A stretch of DNA of 64,000 bases from a virus: positions 32,001 through 96,000 of the IMG/VR virus record IMGVR_UViG_3300022879_000002. One strand, written 5' to 3'. The number at the start of each line of letters is the position of its first letter. The stretch's first letter is position 1. The position numbers and the translations under genes are program-made. Below are positions 1 through 8,281 of the stretch, piece by piece. The notes beneath the pieces are model-generated. The model was not told the DNA's origin. It saw only the letters and a program-made list of their open reading frames with translations, and made no database searches.

Positions 1-2
1 TT

Positions 3-89
3 TCTGATGATGAATTAGAAATTGCTAAGAAATATATTGAAGCATTACAAAAACTTAATAAGAAGTCTGAGAATAAATCCAAAGGATGA
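3..89 (+). CDS. 3' end of a gene entering from the left (SDDELEIAKKYIEALQKLNKKSENKSKG*), possibly an XRE regulator C-terminus
   Basis: Open frame from window edge to TGA at 87-89, followed by a terminator. Confidence 0.5.
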   Translation, partial: SDDELEIAKKYIEALQKLNKKSENKSKG

Positions 90-104
90 TCTCATCCTTT
101 TTTT
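81..104. terminator. Intrinsic terminator between convergent genes
   Basis: AAAGGATG-ATCT-CATCCTTT followed by a T run. Confidence 0.75.
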
Positions 105-134
105 ATTTATATAATATAATTCTTTTATCTAATT

Positions 135-761
135 TTAAGAAACAATTTCACCACTTGAATAGTGATATATGTATTCTCGTACATGTTCTCTAAACATTGT
201 GACTGTGTAATGCACTGTCCTTGGACTAACTCCGATTAAAGGAGCTACTTCATTTGTTGTTGTCTCTCTGTACATTAATGGGATCAGAAATGGATGGTAT
301 TTATCGATAACCCATGTTTTTGCGTACTCAATTGCATTATGTAGGTATATATAATCTTTTTTATGTAGAACATCTTTATTTGATACATCCAGAATGTCGA
401 TTAGCTTACTTCCATCATTATCTAACACATTCGAATCTAGATATGAAAACGAATAACCTGAAGTATCTCTTTTCTTCCTTGTTGCTGCGTTTATGCTTTT
501 AATCACTTCGTTTCTCATTATTGAGTAACAGTATGTAGAAAATTTACAATTCTTTGATGTATTAAATGTCTGTGCTGCTCTAGAGAAAGCATAATTACAG
601 TCACTTTCTATATCTTCATTTGTAATTGCTTTTGAGTTCTTAAATAGTTTTTCAACTTCAAATACTAACCCTTTATTTCTTTTGTATAACTCATCAAACG
701 CTAACTCATTATTATCATTTCTATATAACTCTACTAATTCCTCATTTGTTAATTTATCCAT
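135..761 (-). CDS. Phage sigma-70 family RNA polymerase sigma factor
   Basis: Region 2-like segment AFDELYKRNKGLV...AAQTFNTSKNCKFSTYCYSIMRNEV and C-terminal HTH (VAPLIGVSPRTV). Confidence 0.8.
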   Translation of the reverse strand: MDKLTNEELVELYRNDNNELAFDELYKRNKGLVFEVEKLFKNSKAITNEDIESDCNYAFSRAAQTFNTSKNCKFSTYCYSIMRNEVIKSINAATRKKRDTSGYSFSYLDSNVLDNDGSKLIDILDVSNKDVLHKKDYIYLHNAIEYAKTWVIDKYHPFLIPLMYRETTTNEVAPLIGVSPRTVHYTVTMFREHVREYIYHYSSGEIVS

Positions 762-773
762 TCAATTAATCCT

Positions 774-1118
774 CTATGTATAGTATCTCTCTTTATTATT
801 TAGAAGCCTACCCTTGCTTGGTAATCTTACACTCAATATACCATTTATTTTCAACAAATCATCTTTCTCTTTATATGTATCGATAAATAAAACATTAAGT
901 ACTGGTGATATATATGTAATGGAACCTAATTCAGTTAATTTTTCAAGTACTCTATTATCTCTATATGTAACTATAAATTGATGCGTTGATTTTCTATTGT
1001 CATGCACCCCACTACTCCAATCTCTCGCCATCTGATTCACTCCTTTTATATAATGTTTAAACAAGTCTCTCTCGCAAGAGTACCTATTCAATATAAGCAC
1101 TCTTGCTATAAATGACAT
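774..1118 (-). CDS. Hypothetical protein, possibly subtilisin-propeptide/I9-inhibitor-like fold
   Basis: FIVTY...LGSITYISPVLNVLFIDT...GILSVR pattern resembles S8 prodomains; likely start MARDW. Confidence 0.35.
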   Translation of the reverse strand: MSFIARVLILNRYSCERDLFKHYIKGVNQMARDWSSGVHDNRKSTHQFIVTYRDNRVLEKLTELGSITYISPVLNVLFIDTYKEKDDLLKINGILSVRLPSKGRLLNNKERYYT

Positions 1119-1322
1119 TTATTTCTGCTTCCAGATACTCTCATTAATCGATTCAGCTTCATTTTCAATACTGTACCAATCATTAGCTAAGCCAAGATTA
1201 ATTTCTGCCATTTCCTGATACCCTATTTCCATCTGTTTGATCATTGCTTCTCTAAGCTTGTCCTGTATTCTGGAGTCTTCATTTAGCTGCTTTATTTCTT
1301 CAATCATTCCACCCATCTCCAT
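1119..1322 (-). CDS. Orphan MazE/NdoAI C-terminal mimic (YosL-like antitoxin)
   Basis: MEIGYQEMAEINLGLANDWYSIENEAE aligns by eye with B. subtilis NdoAI MRRGYMEMAKINLNISSEAHFAECEAE; no N-terminal RHH domain. Confidence 0.8.
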   Translation of the reverse strand: MEMGGMIEEIKQLNEDSRIQDKLREAMIKQMEIGYQEMAEINLGLANDWYSIENEAESINESIWKQK

Positions 1323-1429
1323 TCATTATTATGTATTTATTACATTAGTCACCGACAATTTGTTACATAACAACTTCACTACTGATCGAGAATGGATTTA
1401 CATTCCTTTATTTCTACTAGAATATGTAT

Positions 1430-1473
1430 ATCTTACTATATTAAGTTCAAATAATCAATAGTTTTATGTATTT
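1430..1473 (-). promoter_or_regulatory. sigmaA-type promoter with upstream AAATACATAA motif
   Basis: Minus strand AAATACATAA-5-TTGATT-17-TAAGAT upstream of the MazE-like gene. Confidence 0.65.
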
Positions 1474-1497
1474 ATTTATATAATATTCCACTATTAT

Positions 1498-1659
1498 TTA
1501 TTCCAAAGACATATAGTCATCTTGGATTTCATTCAGAAAATCATTAATTTTTTCTAATAAATGATTTTTAATACCTGCGTTATTCATCATCGAAAGTACT
1601 TCATCTAACAGCTCTACTGCTATCCCAAGTCGTTCCTCTACTAAATCTATTTCATCCAT
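1498..1659 (-). CDS. Small hypothetical protein (53 aa, not in ORF track)
   Basis: MDEIDLVEERLGIAVELLDEV..., RBS AGGAG upstream; stop abuts the 1480-1497 palindrome. Confidence 0.6.
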   Translation of the reverse strand: MDEIDLVEERLGIAVELLDEVLSMMNNAGIKNHLLEKINDFLNEIQDDYMSLE

Positions 1660-1684
1660 AATTAATTCTCCTATGATTTTATTT

Positions 1685-2113
1685 TCACTTCATCATCCGA
1701 TGCATTTGAAATATATGATTAAATGAACGTGCATCTTTTTCTGTGATTCCCAAACTGTGTTCAACACCATGCACTTTAATTAGTACTGGAATCTCACCTT
1801 TTGCATTTGGATGTAACTCATACATAAAATCATCAATGTGAGTTGAAGTTTCGTAAGTTTCATTTTCATCTTTGTACATTTTTAAGCTCTCTTCTAGCAA
1901 TTTCACTTTATTAGTTAATGGTGTTAAGTTTACTTGTTGAAGATATTTAACTAAGAAATAACCACTAAAACCTTCTAAGAACACAACTTGCGAACCACTC
2001 GAAGAAGTAAACTCATCACCTTTGCAAGTCCAAATTTGACCTTTGTAGTGTTCTGCTTCACCGCAAGTATGCATAACAACTTTATCGTCTTTTTTCAATG
2101 GTTCATTGCTCAC
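1685..2113 (-). CDS. Hypothetical phage protein
   Basis: 142 aa ORF in operon context. Confidence 0.6.
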   Translation of the reverse strand: MSNEPLKKDDKVVMHTCGEAEHYKGQIWTCKGDEFTSSSGSQVVFLEGFSGYFLVKYLQQVNLTPLTNKVKLLEESLKMYKDENETYETSTHIDDFMYELHPNAKGEIPVLIKVHGVEHSLGITEKDARSFNHIFQMHRMMK

Positions 2114-2562
2114 TCTTCATTTCCCCATTTCATGTGAATTTTTGATAATTGAAATCGCCTTGTCTAAAGGTACTTTTAGTAAATAGCATTGATAGCCAAG
2201 TTCTAATGTCCAAATTGTAGCTTCACTTAGTAACTTGTCCTTTTGAATTTCCTCTAACGATTGACCGTTATCTCTGCGATTTATATATTCTTCTATTGTC
2301 ATTATCTATGTCTCCTTAGAATTTTATTTTTCAGTTTCAATTGGTATATATTCGTCAATTTTCATATCCAATGTTTTTTCAGTGGAGATGATATTTCTAT
2401 CACTTACTTTGTTCATTGCATCTTCATAAGAATTAGCTTCCACTACCACCAATACTCTTTTGGTTATTTTTTGTTTAGCGATTATTTTATATAATGTCAT
2501 TAATTATTTCATCATCTCCTTCGCTACATCTTTCTAAATATTTAAATAATAGAGTGGTTTTA

Positions 2563-2826
2563 TTAAATTCCTTTGCGTATATTCCACGCCTGTATAGCTT
2601 CATCCCTACTTTCATAAAGATATACACCCATTGTTGCATCATCTACATCATAAGTGGCAATTGGACATCCTTCATTTTCTTCGTGAGCATGGTGTATTTT
2701 AAATGATAGCCCTGACCACGGATCTTTTTCGTATTCCTCATCACGTAAATTTCCTTCATCATCACTAATAACAAGTTGAACTTGTCCCCCACAAAACGGA
2801 CATGGTTTAAGTTTATGATTACTCAT
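2563..2826 (-). CDS. Lar family restriction alleviation protein
   Basis: N-terminal LKPCPFCGG and C-terminal EAIQAWNIR signatures. Confidence 0.8.
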   Translation of the reverse strand: MSNHKLKPCPFCGGQVQLVISDDEGNLRDEEYEKDPWSGLSFKIHHAHEENEGCPIATYDVDDATMGVYLYESRDEAIQAWNIRKGI

Positions 2827-2865
2827 CTCAATTGCTCCTTCGTTAAAAATTTTTCATTCTAAAAT

Positions 2866-3207
2866 CTAGCCTATATAAACATCTTCAAAAGCTGCTCTTT
2901 CATCAGATAGTTTCATATTAAAATCTTTAATCTTCTTAGTTAATGTATACTTTTTACACTCTCCACACCAAGCATATGGATATGTACTATTAACTTTATT
3001 TCCTAATTTATGTTCTATGTATTTGTTAAACTTATCAATGTCATGTTTTCGCCAAAAGAAAATCTTATTATACTCATATTGCTCTTCAAAACTTTTATCA
3101 TATTTAACTTCCATATCAGTACAAGTATCAACAGATCCTCCGTAAATTTCAAAACTCTCTTGAGGATGCGATTCGCTTATCCAGATATCGCCTAGCTTTA
3201 ATTTCAT
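2866..3207 (-). CDS. Hypothetical phage protein
   Basis: 113 aa ORF with RBS. Confidence 0.6.
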   Translation of the reverse strand: MKLKLGDIWISESHPQESFEIYGGSVDTCTDMEVKYDKSFEEQYEYNKIFFWRKHDIDKFNKYIEHKLGNKVNSTYPYAWCGECKKYTLTKKIKDFNMKLSDERAAFEDVYIG

Positions 3208-4037
3208 ACAAATATCCCCTTCCAGTGTATGTATTGTTAAAATCCTACGTACTTCATTAATATCTGAAATGGACGATAATCATTAGATATGTAGCGCATA
3301 TTACTTCCTACTTGCCATCCATTCTTATTACATTCTACAATGTTTTCATGTAGCTCAATTTCATTACTCGCTTTAAGAATCTTCTTTCCGTTAAATTTAT
3401 TAAACTCCATATATTTGTCCTCTGTTATGTATTATATTTTTGATAATTACGGATTTTATTTGCTTTAAGTATCAAGTATGTATTACTAATTTTAAATAAT
3501 ATCTATATATTATGTATTTATTAATATTTAACTTCCTTCACTACTCCAACACTTACCATGTACTTCGCATAGCAAATTGAATCGCAATATAAATTGGCAT
3601 CATCTATAAAGTATTCATCTTCTCTGGTGAGTTCATTTGAACATTCCTTATTTGCACAACAACCAATTACATTAATATCGTGATATTTATTCAGCTTCTT
3701 CACCCTCTCCAACATTACTGTTTTCTTTTAGTGGATTATACTCTTTTTGTAGTTCGAAATATTTGAATCCTGCTCCTACTTTAAGGTCTACTAATCGTTT
3801 AATTAACCAATCACATTCAGCAGTCCATGTAATCATAGTGTCATCATTATTAAGCATTGATCCTTTATCATACTTGTTGATAATCGTATCAAATGTGTTT
3901 CTTAAATTTGCAATATCCTTATTCATTTTTATCTCACCTTTATGTATATGTATTTATTTAACTTAAACTTTTATTGATGTGATATTGGCTCTTGTACCAT
4001 ACCACATCATTTTCTCACAAAGACAACATAACCAGCT

Positions 4038-4487
4038 TCACCCCTTAATTTTCCTCAGTACTTCATAACTTGGATAGTTCATATTTAAGTATTTTTTCAT
4101 CTCATCTATGTTAGATGCATTACCTGTTTCAATTATAGATAAATCTTCTGCATTATATAAAAAAATATTATTATGCATTAAAATTAAACTATAATCACCT
4201 CTACCATCAATCCTAATCATGTCACTCATATCAAACGAATTATTTTCAGATAAATAGTATTTTACTTCTGGTGTACGTTTTAAAATTTCAACTACCTCAC
4301 CATCTTCAGTTAATTCAGCAATCTCAACAAAATGGAAATCTGAGCATTCTGTTATTAACTTATTACCTCTTACATTAGTTACTTGTAGTCCATTAGTAGG
4401 TATTAACCTATCATATAGTGCTAATAATTCTTCTGGGCTATTATCCTGAATTACTACTTCAGACTGAATCTTTGCTACTATTGTCAT
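4038..4487 (-). CDS. Hypothetical protein, first gene after an SOS-boxed promoter
   Basis: 149 aa ORF, RBS AGGGGAG, promoter at 4556-4584. Confidence 0.6.
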   Translation of the reverse strand: MTIVAKIQSEVVIQDNSPEELLALYDRLIPTNGLQVTNVRGNKLITECSDFHFVEIAELTEDGEVVEILKRTPEVKYYLSENNSFDMSDMIRIDGRGDYSLILMHNNIFLYNAEDLSIIETGNASNIDEMKKYLNMNYPSYEVLRKIKG

Positions 4488-4555
4488 AATTATATACTCC
4501 CCCTTTTTTAATTAATTAGCTTATCTATGGTATAAATAGTTGCTTTATTAATACA

Positions 4556-4620
4556 ATTTTACCAATTGTCTAAAATATTGTCAATCTAAAAATGAAAACA
4601 TTTGTTCGTATTTTTGTTCG
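4556..4620 (-). promoter_or_regulatory. sigmaA promoter with adjacent LexA(DinR)-box-like sites
   Basis: Minus strand TTGACA-17-TAAAAT (4584-4556); CGAAC-AAAT-GTTTT at 4595-4608 and a weaker CGAAC-AAAA-ATACG at 4607-4620. Confidence 0.65.
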
Positions 4621-4763
4621 ATATTTTTTAAGAACATTTAAATTGTACTTTCCAAAGTATAATAATTTATATACTCTTAAAAAATATCAAATTCAATTAA
4701 TATATTTATATATTTATATGTATAAGAGAGCTGAATGATTAATTCATTCAGTCTTTCAGTTCT

Positions 4764-5753
4764 CTATATTTTAACCTCAAAATGACCATATTCATCCTGC
4801 ATAAAATCAAAATCCATTGTTTCTCTGATTCGTTGTAATTGAGGATACTCTTTATTATTAGAGGTTATAGTACTCAAATTATATTTTTTAACTAACTCGT
4901 CTACAATGATCAAATCAAAAACTCTCTCTCCTTTTTGATTCATCCATTCATTTGCATAGTACATCATTCCACTAATTTCAATAGTTGTTGCAGTTACATT
5001 ACTATCTTCAAATGTATCCTTTATTCTCTGCATAATGATTGTACTAATCATAGAAGATGTTATACGAACATCATTGTCTTTACCTAGTCTATTTTTTCTA
5101 AAAATGTATTCACCATCAACTAATCGTGCCATTTTCCCACTAGGACTTTTTATTTCTGAAGTATTATAAGTTTTAATTAATAGATCATGAAGTTCTTTAG
5201 ATATTTCAATTTGTCTACTGTCTAAGTTTATTTCATCTGAAAGTACATTTAAAAAGTATTTATCATCTTTTGTAGTAATGTCATCCATTCTTAAATTTCT
5301 TATTTCAGAAAATGATGATCCAACAATTCCCTCAAACAATAGAAGTACAATAACCTTATCCCTGTTGTTATCCAGTAACTCAATTTTATTAAGAAGTTCT
5401 TCTCTTGTGTAATAATGTTTACCTGCGTTCCATACATAAGTAGAAACATACTCATCATTAATTACATCAACAATTGGATGAGTTGGTGAAGTACTATGCC
5501 CATTGTCTATAGCCCATGTAATATAGTTCTTAATAGTGTTGATAAATATAATTGCAGATCTTTTTGTTTGTCTTTTTGCTTGTCTAAATAACAAATCCAA
5601 CATGGAGTTATCCATATCATATAAATCTGTTTCATGTTTTCTTTCAAATGATTCAGTACGATTGAATATCGAGTAGTAAGTTTTCTTAGATGAATCAGAT
5701 AAATTCAATGTTTCAAGAAATGATTTCTTGTATTCCTCGTTATACATAATCAC
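4764..5753 (-). CDS. YopR/MrpR-like repressor with a catalytically degenerate tyrosine-recombinase fold
   Basis: SAM-like N-terminus, LLFEGIVGSSFSEIRNL lacks the catalytic Arg and no HxxR is present; third gene of a YopP/Q/R-like operon. Confidence 0.75.
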   Translation of the reverse strand: MIMYNEEYKKSFLETLNLSDSSKKTYYSIFNRTESFERKHETDLYDMDNSMLDLLFRQAKRQTKRSAIIFINTIKNYITWAIDNGHSTSPTHPIVDVINDEYVSTYVWNAGKHYYTREELLNKIELLDNNRDKVIVLLLFEGIVGSSFSEIRNLRMDDITTKDDKYFLNVLSDEINLDSRQIEISKELHDLLIKTYNTSEIKSPSGKMARLVDGEYIFRKNRLGKDNDVRITSSMISTIIMQRIKDTFEDSNVTATTIEISGMMYYANEWMNQKGERVFDLIIVDELVKKYNLSTITSNNKEYPQLQRIRETMDFDFMQDEYGHFEVKI

Positions 5754-7090
5754 TTCACGCCTTTCTTATACATATCTGTAAATAACTTAATCAATGCTTT
5801 TCGGTCTTTAGCATTTAATTTCATTTTCCCACTAACTATCTTGCTCAACTTAGATTCAGTATTATGGAATTCGTTTATATCTATAATATCTTCAATTTTC
5901 TCAAACGGTATATTATCTTCATTCATTAACTTGATTAAATATAGATGTCCTTCAAACACATCAGCATCAAAAAGTAGACTGTTATCACTGACATTATAGT
6001 TTTTATAAATTCCGAATAGGTACACTAGATATTCATTTATTGCTTTTGCAAGCTTTCTTGCGTCTAATATACTGTCTAATTTAAATATATTATTTATTTG
6101 CGTATTAATTATTTTATAAGTAGTAAAATCACTACCTTTTATTGATGACTTAGCATCACTAGCTGATGTTATTCTATTCTTTAGTTGTCCTTCTACTTTT
6201 AAAATATTCACAACTTCATTCGAATATGATTTATTATCTAGTTCTTCAACACGACTTCTTGATAACGGAGTATGTTTGTCTAGATCAACTTGATATCTTT
6301 TAACTTCCGCATCTGACTTATTTGAAATTGTTATTGGGAAAGATCCTTTTATATTAGAGTCTTTATTATAAGCACTATAATTACCTAGTAGTCTATGCAT
6401 ACCGTCTACAATATCTAAAACAGTACCTTCATTAATTTTTAGTGTATTGTTTTTATCATCATAAATAAGTTCTACACCTTCTAAAGCAGTCATCTGATGT
6501 GCATTCAAAGTGATAGTAGTTGGTCTTAGTACACCTTTTAAAATTTCATTTCTTATCTGTGTAATTTTACTTTGATAAATAATAGGTTTTTCAATTTCTA
6601 CACCAAAGCGAACAACTTTCTTCATACCTCGTTGCACATTAGCATTGTAATCCAGTTTACCTGATTTATATAATCTAGCTAATTCTTTTCTTGTAAGGGT
6701 TGCATTGTAATAACCGTCACCTAAATCAGTTACATTATGAATTGTCATTGGGAAATCTATAATATCTGTTGATGAAGAACCTACGAATTGGTATCCTCCA
6801 ATTTCTTTCTGTTCACGTTCAGTGAACCACTCATTCATCCATTCACTCTGGTTCATTCCTAATTTAACTACTAATTGCTGCCCAAATAGCGCAATCTCTT
6901 CAAAATCTAATTTACTTACATTATTAACATTATTAAATAAGGAATAAATCTTAGCACTTTCAATACCATGTTTCATTTTTAGGTGTTCAACAATTAAATC
7001 TACTTCATCTTTGTCTACATTAGATGAGAATGCATTAATTAAACTTTTAACTTCAATCTCTAATTGTTCATTATCTTTACCTAATTTCAT
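5750..7090 (-). CDS. YopQ-like DGQHR/DndB-domain protein
   Basis: IVDGMHRL motif, 446 aa, between two integrase-fold genes as in SPbeta. Confidence 0.75.
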   Translation of the reverse strand: MKLGKDNEQLEIEVKSLINAFSSNVDKDEVDLIVEHLKMKHGIESAKIYSLFNNVNNVSKLDFEEIALFGQQLVVKLGMNQSEWMNEWFTEREQKEIGGYQFVGSSSTDIIDFPMTIHNVTDLGDGYYNATLTRKELARLYKSGKLDYNANVQRGMKKVVRFGVEIEKPIIYQSKITQIRNEILKGVLRPTTITLNAHQMTALEGVELIYDDKNNTLKINEGTVLDIVDGMHRLLGNYSAYNKDSNIKGSFPITISNKSDAEVKRYQVDLDKHTPLSRSRVEELDNKSYSNEVVNILKVEGQLKNRITSASDAKSSIKGSDFTTYKIINTQINNIFKLDSILDARKLAKAINEYLVYLFGIYKNYNVSDNSLLFDADVFEGHLYLIKLMNEDNIPFEKIEDIIDINEFHNTESKLSKIVSGKMKLNAKDRKALIKLFTDMYKKGVK

Positions 7091-7153
7091 TAATTTCCCT
7101 CCCTTAATTACAAGAGATATTTTATCATCTAGTAATTAATTTTTCATTAGATA

Positions 7154-8206
7154 TTACATATTTTTTTGCTTATTTTTTATTTTATTATTTAAAAGTAGAA
7201 GCATTTCTGGTCGCATTTCGTTTAAAGCTTCTAAAAGCAACTCATGTGATACTGTTTTATAAGCATCATCTTCTGTATTCATTTTAGCTGAAATTATACC
7301 TGTTACATTTAAGTTAGTTAACCTTAAATATCTCATTGTTGTATTAACATTACTATGTCTAGCCTTTTTCATTGCAGTATCAATACAGTTGTTATTATTC
7401 AAGTAACACATAGTCACAGCTAATTTTTTAAAAGAGTGGAAAGAATATCTTACTCCAGTCTTATTTATAATTTCATTTCCTCTATCCATCATACCAGTTA
7501 ATTGTTTATATGTTAGAGTGAATAATTTTTGATCATTTCCTAAATCTTTTAATTGTAAAAGTTCTTCATACAATTCTTTATTTATTTTATCTATCCACTC
7601 TTTATTACCTTTTCCTTTATTACTACCATGTGATTTCATTATTACTCCATCTTCAACTACAGTAAAGTTACTCCACTTCAGCTCTAACAACTCTGTAGCT
7701 CTTAATGCTGTCTCAATTGCTAATTTGATTATTAATTGTTTTTCTAACCCTTGATCCTCTCCTTTAAAATAAGAAGAATATTCCATCGCTAAATCAAATG
7801 GTATCATTTCAATCTCTTCTCTTGTATCAGGAAAGAATTTAAGTAGTGATAGCTTATTTACATCATAAGAAATTATATCCCATGCAGCTAAAAACTCAAT
7901 GAACTTTTTTATTACCGAGATGTGTTTATTTATTGTTGAATTTTTGTGCTTCGGTTCATCTTCGTTATTTATTTCTTCATGTAATGTATTGAAGTATTCT
8001 TTTAATACATGTACAGTCATACCTTCAATATCAGAAACAGTTATAAATTTAAAGTCACTCTTATTTAATATATCTTTAAATAATTTATTTAAGCTGCTTT
8101 TATAACTCTTATAACTGTGAATTGAATTTGATTTGTATTCATTTAAGAAAGCTTCAATATGATCATAGATATAATTATCCATCTTAATTGTATTCAAAGC
8201 TACCAC
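7154..8206 (-). CDS. YopP-like tyrosine recombinase-family protein
   Basis: ALRATEL (Arg), HSFKK (HxxR with Lys), ARHSNVNTTMRY (His...Tyr). Confidence 0.85.
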   Translation of the reverse strand: MVALNTIKMDNYIYDHIEAFLNEYKSNSIHSYKSYKSSLNKLFKDILNKSDFKFITVSDIEGMTVHVLKEYFNTLHEEINNEDEPKHKNSTINKHISVIKKFIEFLAAWDIISYDVNKLSLLKFFPDTREEIEMIPFDLAMEYSSYFKGEDQGLEKQLIIKLAIETALRATELLELKWSNFTVVEDGVIMKSHGSNKGKGNKEWIDKINKELYEELLQLKDLGNDQKLFTLTYKQLTGMMDRGNEIINKTGVRYSFHSFKKLAVTMCYLNNNNCIDTAMKKARHSNVNTTMRYLRLTNLNVTGIISAKMNTEDDAYKTVSHELLLEALNEMRPEMLLLLNNKIKNKQKNM

Positions 8207-8238
8207 TACGACATCCCCCTTGTACTCTTATTATTACC

Positions 8239-8281
8239 AGTATAAAGGAAAACAAACAACAAGTAAAGTAATTATGTATTT
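8239..8281 (-). promoter_or_regulatory. Promoter of the repressor operon with AAATACATAA motif
   Basis: Minus strand AAATACATAA-4-TTTACT-17-TATACT. Confidence 0.65.

Noticed and set aside
3495-3520. dif-like site (TATATATTATGTATTT)
   Set aside because: Only the XerD-like half matches and there is no XerC-like arm; it is one of many copies of the operator motif
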